A stretch of 64,000 nt of DNA from Camelus ferus (Eukaryota): contig NC_045706.1 of the NCBI RefSeq assembly GCF_009834535.1, positions 10,416,001-10,480,000 of the forward strand. The letters are read 5' to 3'. The notes beneath the pieces are model-generated. The model saw only the letters and a list, made by a program, of their open reading frames with translations. It searched no databases and was not told the DNA's origin. Positions 11,046 to 23,725 of this stretch are shown one piece after another. A program made the position numbers and the translations under genes. The stretch's first letter is position 1, and every line of letters starts with the position of its first letter.

Positions 11046-14000
11046 GAGAGCTATCAGAATTTCATCAATGGTGGCGCAGAGACATTTTTCTGAAATCCAA
11101 CAATTCCTTTCATCTTATTTAACTTTTTTCAGTTAAATTTAAGCAAACTGAAATTTAACAGTTTTTAAATAAAAAGCAAACTTACTAAAATCCCATTTTT
11201 CCCAAAAACTGTTTTTGTCCATCTGTCTGTACCTATGATGTCTGTCAAATACTAATGAAAATTGGTTATCTCTAGGTGATGAGATTCTTTAAAGATCTGT
11301 TACCTTTCATCTTTGTGTTTTTTCTGTAGTGTCCTTTTTAAATTGAATGCGTTGGTATAATTTTTACAAAATTATAAAGTCACATTATTATTTTTTAACT
11401 ATTGAAGAAAAAGGGATTGGTTTTGATCACATCTAGTGTAGCCATATACATTGATGTCTCACAGAGAAACTGAGGCAGAAATTTTAATCCAGAAGGTAGA
11501 TCAGTAGTACAAAGTACAAACAGCGTTACATAAAACAAGCCAAGATAGTCCTTGTAAGGAATTTTGCCTGTTCTAAAAAACAGATCTAAAAGTTAACTGT
11601 TGAAAGAAAGGTGAAAACTACCCTCTCCCTTCTCCTCCCTAAAGCTCCCATGATCCCCGATTACAGAGGTGAATGCCTCACACGGGAACACACACCCCTG
11701 CAGCACCTGCCCCATTCTTGGGCTCTTTCTGCCCAGGGAACATGATTTGAGACATGCTGACTCTGAACTGGTGACAATTAGACATGTGCCTGTATTTCAC
11801 AGCAATGAACAGGTCCACCTCTAATTTTCTACTACAATTCTCTTCTTTACCAAAGAATTCAAGGGATGTGCCTCTGAACAGTTGGGAAGGGGTAAGCAGC
11901 CCCACACAACGTGCCTCATATTTTCTGCCAGAGTCCACCATGCTTCAGACAAAAGAAAATCCCCGGGTCCCCAACACGTCTATTCCACTTCTGCTTTTTC
12001 CCTTTTAAAAATAGTTCATTTCTTTCCTACAACATCAGCTATGCAGTAAGATTTGCCTTATTCAACAAACACCTGTTAAGGGCCTAAAGGATTCCAGAGA
12101 CTGTTAAGCACGGAGAAGTCAAAGATAAACCGGGCATTACCCCTGCTCCCAAAAAGCTTATGGTCAGGAGCCAAATTTTCTACCATTAAAAATACCATTC
12201 AACATGATTTATCACCACACTATGGATTAACGGTTAGAAAATTCTAGAAGGCAATTCTAGATGCTACTGCAATTGTCATCTTAAAAGTAATGAATGTAGA
12301 AAGGGGGCCTAGACTAGGTTTTTGGCTTTAAAAAAAAAAAAAAAAAAAAAAGGACACAGAAGCCTGGTGTGAGAAAGGTTACCAAAAGAACTACAACAAT
12401 TTACAACTGATAGAAAGGGTCTTGAGACCTGTTCTGAAATTCTTCCCCAACAAGCACAACAGGCACTGGGCTGCGGTGGAGTGGGGGGTTGGGGCTGGGA
12501 GCAGTGCTCTGGGTTAAGATACACTTTTTGGACCACTATCTATGGCATGTGAAGAATATACCTGCCAAGCTCTTCTTCCTTGAGTATCTTTCTCTTATGT
12601 CTTTCAGGAGACTAAAGTAACCACTCTGCTTCAGCCATAAAGTGGAAATAAAATTGGCCCCAGTCTGCTGCTGGTAAAAACACTAACTCACTGGAACCCA
12701 AGAGGTACATGTTTGGGAGTTACCCCTGCCCACCTAGGAGTCATTGTCAACTCTCCTGAAAGAGGTAAAAGAAAAATCAACACAAAACAGGTCGAGGAGA
12801 ACGTTGCAGACCAAATGTGTCCACCCAGGCCTACATCTCATGGCTGGAAATGGGTCCATGAAAAGTGTGCGGTTGGCCAGGCACACAAACCTTGGCCTTT
12901 TCTACACCTAGTAGAGACCTTCCATTTCCCCTGGGGAGACACACAGAAGTCACAGGTCTCCTTGCTCTCCAAACCTCTCCAACGTGCTTTATGAAATCAG
13001 CAAAGTGTCAACGCAGAAAAAGAGACCCATAGTGGTACTGGAGGGTTTTAACACTTTTAAAGTTTGAACCCCACAAAATTATCCTTTAAACCTTCATAGA
13101 AAACCAATTCATTTATTTAAAACCTGTCTCAAGCCACCCTTTTTTCAACAACCTTGTTTTATTAGAAGAATTAAAGCTTATTAAGGTGGTTAGAATAATC
13201 AGCTTTCCACAACACACCCTGAGGATTTGCGAGGATAACCACTCTAACACCCTGCTAATGTTTATTCATAGTTTATGGTAATTTTCTAAAGTGCACATTC
13301 AACGTAGTAAGAAAATATTCTTTACCTTGTCAAAACTATAATCCCTAATGGATCACATACACAGAAGAAGAATTGACTCTTCTTGATGAAAGCTTGAATA
13401 CAATGTAATTTCTCTTTCAGAGATACAGTAAACAATCATTATTGCATGTCCCTGTTCCAACTCTTCCTTGAAAAAAAATAATAATAAATCCTGCAATTAA
13501 ATGAAAAATGTTCCACTGATTTGGGGGAATCTGATTTCAGATAAATGGAGTATTTTTCCCAAGGAGAGTCAGCATCTTAATTTCACAAGGGTCCCCCCTC
13601 GATCACAAGGCCCTTAAGCCAGCACCCCCCTCAGAGGCAGGAGACCCACAGGGCACCGCTGAGCAGAGGTCAGGAGAGTAAGAACTCCAGGGAGGACATG
13701 GGAAAGTGTCAACACAGCCCAGTTCTCAAGGGCAAACCTCCAGTCCCTCCTGCCCAGCTGCTTCTCACCTTCACGGGTTCAACTGTCCTCTCTGAGACCC
13801 TGGAATCCTCATGAAAGGAAGACGGTCAGACTTTTTCTTGAATGACATCGTAAGAAACTTCATTTCTATGACCTACCCTCCCTTCAAAGACCCAAAGGAA
13901 AAAGTAAAGACTCAGACTTGTTTACTAAAAGCACATTTAAGAATTTGGCCTACAAAATACTCAAGTGGAAGAGAATGTGTCTGATATTATCCAAGGTGGG

Positions 14001-14159
14001 CCCTTAGAATTCCTCTTTCCAGAAGTCCCACAAAGGGGGAAAAAAAAAACAAACCCAGGGCCATTTACTTAACATGGCAAGGGAGAAAGAATTAATCACC
14101 TAGAGGAAAAAATTAGGGACCCTGAACAGGTATCCAATGCCTCCATGGGAAGAGCCTGA

Positions 14160-14560
14160 CTTAAAAACCAGTCATTCAGTCACTCACCCAGGTATTCACT
14201 CACTACACACTACTTGACATATCTACTCTATGCCAGACAACACGCTGGACCCCGAAAAGCAGGAGACAGGCCTGCCTGCAAAGAGCCCACCATCTGGGGT
14301 CAAAGCCAGACGAGTAAACAAATTTCAGTACAACGTGACGTGTGCCCAAGAGCGGACAGCAGCGGCCCCAAACCAGAGATGCCTATTGCAACCTGCAGAG
14401 GTGGAAACTCATGAGCTGGGATTTGAAAGAAGAAAAAAAGTTCATCAGGCAAAGAAGTGAGGAAATGGGATTTCCATGGAGTAGAAGGAGCAATGCCTGA
14501 AACAGGAAGCACAAGGGCAGAACAGTGAGCAGCCTGGCCAGCGGAGAGAGGAATGCAGCT
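14160..14560 (-). mobile_element. L2 fragment
   Basis: cattcagtcactcacccagg...tactctatgccagac...gagctgggatttgaaagaag. Confidence 0.6.
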
Positions 14561-14649
14561 CCGAGCCCATCCCAGTGCCACCACCAGTTTATCATCTTAT
14601 GAGAAACTTGGGCAAATCACCAAACTCAGTCGTCTACACCTCTGCCTAC

Positions 14650-14785
14650 ACATTAACTTCAACCCAGAAGCTTAAAAATTAAAAACTAATGCTTTGGTCC
14701 CACTCCAAACTAATCATATCAGAATCTCTTAACTTTTTAGAGATCAGTATTTTAAAAAGCATCCCAACTGGTTCCAATGTGATAT
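14650..14785. mobile_element. MER5-type hAT DNA transposon
   Basis: aatgctttggtcccactccaaactaatcatatcagaatctct...gtattttaaaaagcatcccaactggttccaatgtg. Confidence 0.55.
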
Positions 14786-16039
14786 AAGCCCCAGGGCTCA
14801 ATGTAAAAGGAGTTAATTTTAAAACGTGACTCCGTAGGTTGTCATGAGGGTTACATGAAATAATAAATGCATAGTGCGGAGGGAGCGTAAAGCTGATGAT
14901 GGACTATGGGGAGGAGTCAAGGATGGAAATGAGACTGGAAATAGGCCAGAGACAGACCATCAACAGAGCTAAACCACACCATGTCCTTCCCTCTTGCCAG
15001 GCACTGTCCCAAGCTCGCCACGAGTGTAACACGGGCAGCCTGGCTCGGCAGATCAGGCTCTCTCACCACGTCTCTCTATTGCAAGTGGATGAAAGGCCCG
15101 GATTCAGATACAAAGGCTTTAGGGTGTATCGTGTGGGTACTGACGGGCCATGTCATCAGGGAGTAATGTGATCAGAATTGTATTATCTAAACTCATTCTG
15201 ACTGTAGAGTAGACAGTAGTCTGAAAGGGGAAGACATGGAGGCAGGGAAGTGATTCTATTCCACATACGGAAGACAGAGACGGGATGGTCTGCAGGAAGA
15301 GAAAAACAGCTCTTAGAAACTCAAGAGCCTGAAAGAAAAAAAAAAAAAAAAGACACACAGGCTGGTAGCTTTTTCTCAAACTACCTGGGATACTTCATTA
15401 AGACATAAATGTGTTCTGATATACAAATATGTTCCCTTTTGACCTCTTACCCCTTGTACAATTTCAGTCCTCAGGATTAATATCTGAAACAGGTTTAATC
15501 ATGTCTCTAGAAAAGTCTATGAATAATACACTTAGCATGCTTCCAACATCTTTCAAGAATTCTGTCTATGCAAAGATTTTTTTTTTAATGTCATTACCGT
15601 CATCTGTTCAGGGAGTTTGATTTAAATGATTCCCTCTATGGCAGTCTCTTTAATGGGCAATTCATATTTAAACTATTTTTCTATTACTGACATATTAATG
15701 ATTTTACTGTTTTTGGACTCTGAGCACATATTCTTAGACGACAAGGTTGGTGTTATCCCCATTTTACAGAGGACGACTAAGCTGCTTATCCTTTAGAGAG
15801 GTCATGGTTACAGAAAGAATAAACTACTCAAGTATCAATTCTTTGTATGCATCTCTAGCCTCAAAATTACTATTTAGCCCCAGAGAATAAATGTGGCCAC
15901 TCAATCTTTTCTAGTCATTAAACTTGGTCTATTTATTAGGTAAGGTCTATTTATTCCCAAGAAAAATGGCTATCCTAGTTTAAGTTGTCACTTGTATTCA
16001 GAAATACATGAAATGTGAAAAGTAGGCACTTTTCTTTCC

Positions 16040-16405
16040 GAGTTTTGTTATAAAATACACATAACAAAATTTACCATCTTAGCTACGTTTAAGTGCGCAG
16101 TTCAGTGGTGCCAAGTACATTATTAACGTTGCACAACCATCACCACCATCCATCTCCATACCTTTTCATCTTGCAAAACTGAACCTCTGTACCCATTCAG
16201 CAACTACTCCTCATTCTCCTTTCCCATGGCCACCAGCACTCTGCGTCCCTGCAATTTTACTACTCTAAGAATCTCATGTAAGTGGAATCACAGGGTATTT
16301 GTCTTTTTGTGCATGGCTGATTTCACCTAGCATAGTGTCCTCGAAGTTCATCCATGTTGTAGCCTGTGTCAGCATTTCCTTCCTTTTTAAGGCTGAATAA
16401 CATTA
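16040..16405 (-). mobile_element. L1MB-type 3' end
   Basis: aaatacacataacaaaatttaccatcttagc...aagtgcgcagttcagtgg...catgtaagtggaatcac...ttcatccatgttgtagcctgtgtcag. Confidence 0.85.
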
Positions 16406-17089
16406 AAATGAATGTGGTGTTTTGTAGGTCAATCTCATGTGATTCTGTCTAATACATCACTATATTAGTCTGCTACTATTCAGGATTTTCAGTCATTTAC
16501 ACTGACTCTTGGCTCTTCCTTGCGTGTGGCAGGCACTATCACTTGGAACAAGCTGGATCTGGGTAACGGCATCTGAGACCCTGGCTGTGGGGATGGAGGT
16601 GGAGTGCAGCCCTATGGTAAGGGTGCAAGGGAGGCAAGGTCCACCTCAGTTTTCCCAGTTTGGGCTTCTTAACTGATCAGACCTAGTGCATCGTCAAACT
16701 CCCCAAGAGTAAACTACTTCCTTCCTTGGCTCTTGTCAAACATGACCAGCCTTTGCCTCTGTCCCAACCTTCTCACTGCCTGATCCATTGCCCTCCACAC
16801 CCTTGGGTGGCAGGACATCTATATAGGAGAGTCCCACCAATGAACTATTGATAACATCACAAGTTGGGTAGATAACTGCTTCAAAATAGATGGGAGTAAT
16901 ATATCGGAAATAGAATCGTCATTCCTACACCAAGCCTCCTTTCCAGTGAGAAATACTTTTAACTCCTAAATCACAAAGTTCTGCCAGAAAAGAGAATGAA
17001 AATATTTAGCATAGAATGGAGCACTCTACAAACACGAGTGGTTATTATGTCTATTATGTCCAGGAAAACAGAATAGGAAGACTTTGAGC

Positions 17090-17800
17090 CTGCCTTTCCA
17101 ACTCCGTTCTACCAGGGGGAAATGAGATCTAAATGTGCATCAATGGGCTACACGGTGGTGCAGGAATCCACGCTGTGGAATGACCATGCAGCAATGAGAA
17201 GGACTAGGTGGATCTTTATCCTCCAACATACAGAGAGCACCGAGGCATCCATAAATACACATAAAATACACGTCCTTTACGTGTGTGGAGGTCTCTCTGT
17301 CATAAAAATATCTCAAGATCTTAGTAAAAATTTGAAAGCAGTTTGCTGTGGGGAGAAGAGACGAGGGAACTAGAGAAGGGGATTTTCATGTTTCTTACAC
17401 AATTTGTAAGATAAAAAGAAAAGAAACCATGGATTAAAACAGACAAGAGACATATCAATGTGTTACAGTGTGTGCATCCTATTAGATCCTGATTTTAACA
17501 AAACTAAAGGACGAGACAATGAGGAATCCATATGCTGGACATTTGCTGATAAGGAATTACTGTTAATTTGAGAAGATATGATCATGAGTTATTCTTTTAA
17601 ACCCTTATCTTTTAGAGACACATTGAAGTATTTAAATATCAAGTGGCATTGGCCACCAAAATAATCCAGTGACAGGTATAGATAAAATAAAATAACCTGA
17701 TCATTGTTGGAGCTGGGTGATGCTACGCATTAGGGTTTGTTACATTACTTTTCTATTTTTGTGTATGTTTGAAACTTTCTACAATAAAATGTCACAAAAA
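17090..17800 (+). mobile_element. L1MC/MD-type 3' end
   Basis: gagacatatcaatgtgttacagtgtgtgcatccttattagatcctgattt...cattagggtttgttacattactttctattttgtgtatgtttgaaactttctacaataaaa. Confidence 0.65.
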
Positions 17801-18089
17801 GCCTTTAAAAAAAAAAATAAATACCTGGGTTTGCCACCGTCCTGGTTGTGTGATTTGGGGCAAGCTATCTACCCAATGTCTGTAAGTTCCCGCCCCTTCT
17901 TATAAGAAGTGAGGATAATGTGGCTTAGCCCAGAGTAAACTCTCAAGAAGCTTGGACCCCATTACACCATTGGACACGCTCTCACCAAAGGGTAATGGCT
18001 CCTGTTTGATAGCTACTTGTCATCTTTCCTTGAAGGTGCCAGAGGAGACTCAAACCTAACCCGTCTGAAAATGAATCATCAAATTGGAT

Positions 18090-18148
18090 GGGAGGAAGGG
18101 TAGGCGGGAGGGAGAGAGGGAGAGAGGGAGAGAGGAAGGAAGGAGAAG
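18090..18148 (+). repeat. Purine-rich simple repeat (GGGAGAGA/GGAA)
   Basis: gggaggaagggtaggcgggagggagagagggagagagggagagaggaaggaaggagaag. Confidence 0.85.
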
Positions 18149-19004
18149 ATTCATGTTACCATTCTGGTCTGTGCTAAGAGCCAGGCTTTCCACGACAGCT
18201 GTCAGGAACACTTCATCTCTGACTTCCACTGCTCCAAGTTTAGACTTCAAGGACAAAGTCATTATGAACGGACTTTTCTCTAGCTTTAGCACCCCGTATC
18301 AAGGATCTCTCCACCTCCTGATACTATTAATAGGAGCTTTGCAAAACGCACGCTTCTCATTGCACCCACTTCCCCGAGGAGAGTTCTATTTTCTGTATCT
18401 TTGTTCTTTGCCAAGAGTGAACATCCAGATTATAGACAATGCCAACAAACGAATTCATGGACTCTCTAATGCCTTCAGTGTTGTCTGATCACAACCAAGG
18501 GTACAGCAACCTATGCTTTTACCATTAACTATTTCATGCCCATCTTCCTAAGACCCTAATTAGGTGTGTAATCGCCATATCAGAGACTGTCCGCGCTCCG
18601 GATCCATGTTATTATCAGAAACCAGGGAGGAGGGAATATCCTAGGAGACTGTTTCCTCTACAACATCTTTGAAATTTGAGCAATTTGATGAGACCCTTGT
18701 AAGCACCTTGCATCAAAATGTGGTCTCCTGATGGATTTCATACTAGTAATAGTTCCTCCATCACTGTTCAGTAATGGGCACCTTTCTACGTCCTCAGGAA
18801 TAAATAGCATACTCCTCATGTGCGCAATTTTGTAAATTTGTTTCAGATCCATTAGCTCCTTGGCCAGTGAATGTATTTATTTCTACAGACGCAGTAATTT
18901 TGCTGCACCATTAACTCACGGAGGAACATAAAGGCTGTATCTTTCCATAATATCTTTCTGTCCTTTTTCCGTGGTATGTGTATCAAACGGCCCATATCTT
19001 GCAT

Positions 19005-19045
19005 TTACTTAGCACTCAGCTTCTCCTGGGTGAGGTTTTTAACGG
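19005..19045 (-). CDS. Candidate terminal coding exon (x-VKNLTQEKLSAK*) of an unidentified minus-strand gene
   Basis: Branch-like ctaat, then acceptor tgcttttcttag, a short open frame to TAA at 19007-19005, and AATAAA at 18881-18876; protein not recognised. Confidence 0.2.
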
Positions 19046-20345
19046 CTAAGAAAAGCATCAGAATTAGAGAAGCATGATCCATCACACCTGAGAGCTAGAA
19101 AGGGGCCTAGAGATCTAGTTCATTGCTGCTGTTTCACATGCGGAAAAGCGGGGTGCAGAGAGCCTGACAGTCTTGCCCCCCTCCCAAGTACAGCTGGTCA
19201 GCGATGAAAGCAGAGCTGAAGTCATGCCTTTAGAGTCCTAGTTCAGGGCTCTTTGCCCCCCTACCCACTACCGTGTGAGTCCGATGTCCTTGAACTTCAA
19301 CCACTGTAAACAAATTATTCCCTGGTCTTTCGAAAGCAGAGTCTCTTTTTCAGACCATTCAGGTACCAGATAATGATGTATGAGAACACATTACACACTC
19401 AGTCTTCAAAAGCCCGCACCAAAGCCCCATTAACATTGAGGGAACAGCTCACTGTGGGGACAGATCTCCCCAGAGGGTCTATTCTGGTCCTGCTGATCTC
19501 TGTAAAGCCTGGACCTCTTCAGAGAATCTGGGCAAAATCGTGACAGGCGCAAACAAGGAAGCCCCTGACGGAGACTCAGCCCAGCACACTGTGCTCACCA
19601 CGTGCCAGCGGACACTTGCTCTAAAACGGCGAGCTCCCAAAAGCTTCACATGGCAAGCCCACGAGCACCTCCTTTCTTTACATGTTGATGACTCCCACGT
19701 CAACTTGGATTCAAGGTGCTCATCAGGGTGGTTAGGGTGCCCTTCCCTTGATTAAAATAACCTGGTATTATTGGCAACCAGTAAGTGATCAGTTGGTGAC
19801 CAGAAAGCAACACATTTAGAGTTAAAGTAGCATCTCCCCACCCGCCGTCCCCAGAACCCATCCTCACTGTCTGCTGTCAGTCAGCAGCAGCACATCCATC
19901 CACCGGACGCCCATGCTTGAAACCTCAGGTCTGTCCTCCAGCTCTCTCACCACCACCACCCCCCCCCCCCAGTCTGTCCCCAGGCCACACTGATGATCCC
20001 GAGGAAATGTGTCTTGATTCCTGGAGTGGTTGTGACCTCACCCTCTACCCCCTCCCCTTCCCCTTTCCTAAACAAGGCCCTGAGGTCCCCAGCCACACGG
20101 AGGAACGGGGTGGAGCTAACCCCATCAGCCCTGGGAGGGGACATCAACTGGTGTGAACAGCGAGCCTGCCTCATCCCTTCTGGCTGCAGCCGTCTTTTAG
20201 GGGATGGGCATGAGACCCACTTCCAGCTGATGAAATGTGAAAGGATGTTTGCTGAAGGCTCCTGGAAAAGGAGCATCTTCCGTCTTCCACGGGGGCTCCT
20301 GAAATGAACACTGCGTCTTCCATTGCACGGGTGAGGGAACACTGG

Positions 20346-20401
20346 TTACTGCTGGTGGCCATCTTGCAGCCACCTGGACAGCCGGTCTGGAGTACACCCA
20401 G
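20346..20401 (-). other. Candidate exon with a strong acceptor (x-GCTPDRLSRWLQDGHQQ* in phase 1)
   Basis: Acceptor cttctttttatatttctcatctcttccag|CTGGG; no homology recognised and no poly(A) signal found nearby. Confidence 0.15.
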
Positions 20402-20689
20402 CTGGAAGAGATGAGAAATATAAAAAGAAGCCAGGTCCCTGGTGACACTGTTGATGGATCAAGCTTTGCCTGAAGGCTGCATTACCTCTGAACTCTATAA
20501 GTCAGTTTGAATTGGTTTTTCTGGGCCTCTTAATTAGAAATAATCCCAAAACAAACCCATTCCCTTCTCCTCAGCCACACTAACCACTCAGACTCCCATT
20601 TAAATTATGACAGTATCCTATTTACCTGCCTTTGAACTATAATTCTCCCACACAGAGCTTGAAGAAACATGTCAAATTATAACATTTGT

Positions 20690-20905
20690 TAAACATTTAC
20701 AAAGTGTCAGACACTGGTTTGAGTATTTTATATGCATAATCACATATGATCCTCACAAGAATTCTATGAAGAAGGCACTATTATTAATCCCCATAACACA
20801 GATGAGGAAACTGAGGCTTTGAGAGATGCCTGTGTCCAAGGTCAGATTATTAAGTAGTGGAGAGCCTAGACTGAAACTCAGATCTGCTTAACTCCCGAGC
20901 CCTAA
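20690..20905 (-). mobile_element. MIR SINE
   Basis: aacatttacaaagtgtcagacactgg...cccataacacagatgaggaaactgaggctttgagag...gagcctagactgaaactcagatctg. Confidence 0.8.
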
Positions 20906-22839
20906 CCACTGTGGCAGTCTCCTGCTGTGAGAGCTGCTGCGTCTCCCTGGGACACAGTAAATACAGTGCAAGCTCCTTACCTGGCCCCAGGGCCCTTCCC
21001 ACCTAGGTTCCAACATCACATCCCTCCAAGATCCTAAGGTATGTCCACGACAGGTGTCTCCCCAACAGGACACAACCTCAAGCCTTTTGTCATGTTAGTC
21101 CCTCTGCCAGGAATGCCCTCCCAACTCCCCGTCTCTCGGCAAAATCCCATTTCACGCACTGAGACCCAGATCAAAAGTCACCTGTCCACCTCTTGTGCCG
21201 GGACCCATGGTACTTTGGGCCTAAGTTAGGGACTGAGTGGTTACAAGGAGCAGAAAGCCTCTTGAGCTAGCTGAGGTAAAGGAGATGCACCCAGAGGGGA
21301 CATTAGGCAGTCGCACCAGCTTCTAAGGACAGGAAACAAAGAACAGCCAAGCCACACAGGGACCGGAGCCATCAAGGAGGGGTTCAAGGCCGCTGGCTCC
21401 CCCAAGGTCACCTGGACTCTCAGTTCTCTCATTCTCCCCGCCTTGCCCCTTCCTTCTCTCCCCCGTCTACCCGCTTCCCTCCACCAGCCTTCTCAGCAAA
21501 GCTCGGCCCACGTGCCCTCCACACCCAGCCTTCAGTCCTCCTGTGGTCCCCAGTCTGGCTCCCACTCCCTGGCACACCTCTGTCCAGCACTATTTCCCCA
21601 CGTCTCTGTCACTTACATTCCCAAAGCATCTCATTTTCTCAACCACCCATGTTGCCTCCTCTCAGGTCAGGTGCACCCTTGGTCCAGTCAACCGTGTCTG
21701 CTGGGTCCATCTGTCCTGGCCTACCTTTCATTGGGGGCTGTGGGTGCCCCGACCATTCCTGCACACACCAACCCGATGGCATCTTACGGCCAGCAGGTGA
21801 GGCGCTGTCCCGAGGGCAGGTCAGATGTGCTGGGGAGTGGATGCCCCCCCTCAGACCTCTCAACTAATGACCAACTGGAATTGGTAGATAACTCAGCTCT
21901 AGAGCTCTGCGGGGACACTGACATAGGGTGTTCCTCACACTGTCTCAGAATCGCCCAGGAGAATTAAGCCCCAGCTGCCCCTGGCGTTTATCTGTAATAA
22001 CACACCTTTTTTGGCTTGTCTTCACGTCTCTCTTCCCACTCTCTCACAGGGTTCCTAGGATCCTTAACTAGGCTATTCTACCCTGAGATTCTCCTATGAA
22101 ACGAATGTCTTTTTTAAACACTGATTCGATGTTTCATTTGCAAGTAACACCTAGGCACCACTGTGCAGTTATGGGATACTGCAGAATATCACAACCTGTT
22201 AAATCTTGCAGACTTTTAATAGACAACAAGCCTAAACCATAATTCCACTTTAATTACATCAAGGAAAGTGTGCTTTTGCCCGACTCCTGAAATCTCCTCA
22301 GTGGCCTGTTTATTAAAATGGGCACTGCTGAAATATTTGCACTCATTCTTAAAAACTCTATTAGGTAGGTAATTATCTTTTCACTTCCCAGCTCAAAATA
22401 TCATAAGGAAAATTTGCCATAAGGTACAGAGGGTGGGCGAGGGCTTCCCTTCACCCCTGCACTGTTGAGCAATAAAACTGGCATGATAATTTAATATCCA
22501 TCATCCCGAAGAGTACATGCAGGCGCTGCAGAGCGGCTGTAATAGAAAACAGACTGATGGCTGGAAAGAAAAGTCCTGTGGGCTCGTGTTATAGTTTAAT
22601 TTTTTATTTTTTAAAAACTGACATATGCTGAGTGAGTTACTAAATTAAAAGAAACCTACCCTGACTTCCAGTTCATCTTTACAAGGGCACATTTCAGGAT
22701 GTTGGGAGGGTAACATAAAGGGGAAGATTCACTGGTCTATATACCCTGGATTCTTTCAAAGAATTAGATTCATGGATTTTTTTTTTAAGTAGCATAGATC
22801 GAATGAGAGGCAATACCATACACATAAGGGTTAATAGTC

Positions 22840-22985
22840 AGATTTAAACTTAGCAGCCTCAGATTTTCTCATCTGTTAAATGGAGATTTGAAACAATACC
22901 TGAGTCACAGGGTTATTGTGAAGACTGAACAAGAGGATGCCACGTGGAGTCCTTGGCACAGGGTAAGTGCTCGGAAGTGGTTAGC
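22840..22985 (+). mobile_element. MIR SINE
   Basis: cagcctcagattttctcatctgttaaatggag...cctgagtcacagggttattgtgaagactgaacaag. Confidence 0.75.
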
Positions 22986-23089
22986 AGACGGGATGGAAGG
23001 CTCAGTGGTATAGAAAAAGGGGCAGAATTAGTTCGCCAAGCTTCCTTTTCATCTTTTCTCCCTTTACAGTCAGTGCTGCCGAGGGGGTC

Positions 23090-23725
23090 TCACTCGTGCC
23101 CTCATGAACTTCAGGCCCAAGCACCCACTAAAGGTGACCGCGGTCAGACACAAAGGCAGCAAGCGCACCCCGAGGTACAGACGCCACAGCAGCGTGCACG
23201 GGTGTTCACCAGAGGACACGTGCACAAACGTGCAGAGCAGCACTATTCGTAACATCCCCAAACTGGAAACCACCCAAAGCATAGGACGGATGGCACCCGG
23301 CCATCCAGCATTAACTAGAGAAACTGCCTATCCCCTCAGCAGCAGAATGGATGGACCAACTGTGCTGCACTCACCAACAGGCCGCTACCTCCCGGTGAGA
23401 ACGAGCCAACCACAGCCCCGGCAACACGGATGGATCTCACACACACATCACGGACAAGAGAAGCCAGACAAGGGCGGGCGCGTAGCGCGTGATCCCGTGA
23501 GCACGACGTACAGAAACAGGCAAACCTGTTCCACTTTACGCTGTCAAAAGTCAGGGGAGTGGTTACTGGCGGGAGCTAGTGGCCAGAGGAGAGTCTCTGG
23601 GGTGATGGTAATGTTCTCTTATTTGAGCTGGGTGCTCAAGAAAGGGTGGGTAGACTTAGAAAAAAAAAATTGAGTTGGACGTTCAGAATTTGTGCCCTTA
23701 TCTGTCCGTGTGTGATACTTCACTA
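23090..23725 (+). mobile_element. L1ME/MB ORF2 end and 3' UTR with strong A/T->G/C shift
   Basis: One frame reads AALFVTSPNWKPPK (L1 ORF2 AALFIIAPNWKQPK); the L1 3' UTR landmarks aagaagccagaca, acaggcaaa, gtcaggggagtggttac and ggtaatgttctc occur in order. Confidence 0.8.

Noticed and set aside
12560-13490. Minus-strand exon-like segments near 12.6 and 13.4 kb, and a plus-strand acceptor at about 12609
   Set aside because: Weak or competing splice sites, unrecognised peptides, and no consistent gene model.
21443-21967. 174-aa Pro/Ser-rich ORF
   Set aside because: Pyrimidine-rich, L2-like low-complexity sequence with a non-ATG start and no domain or splice context.
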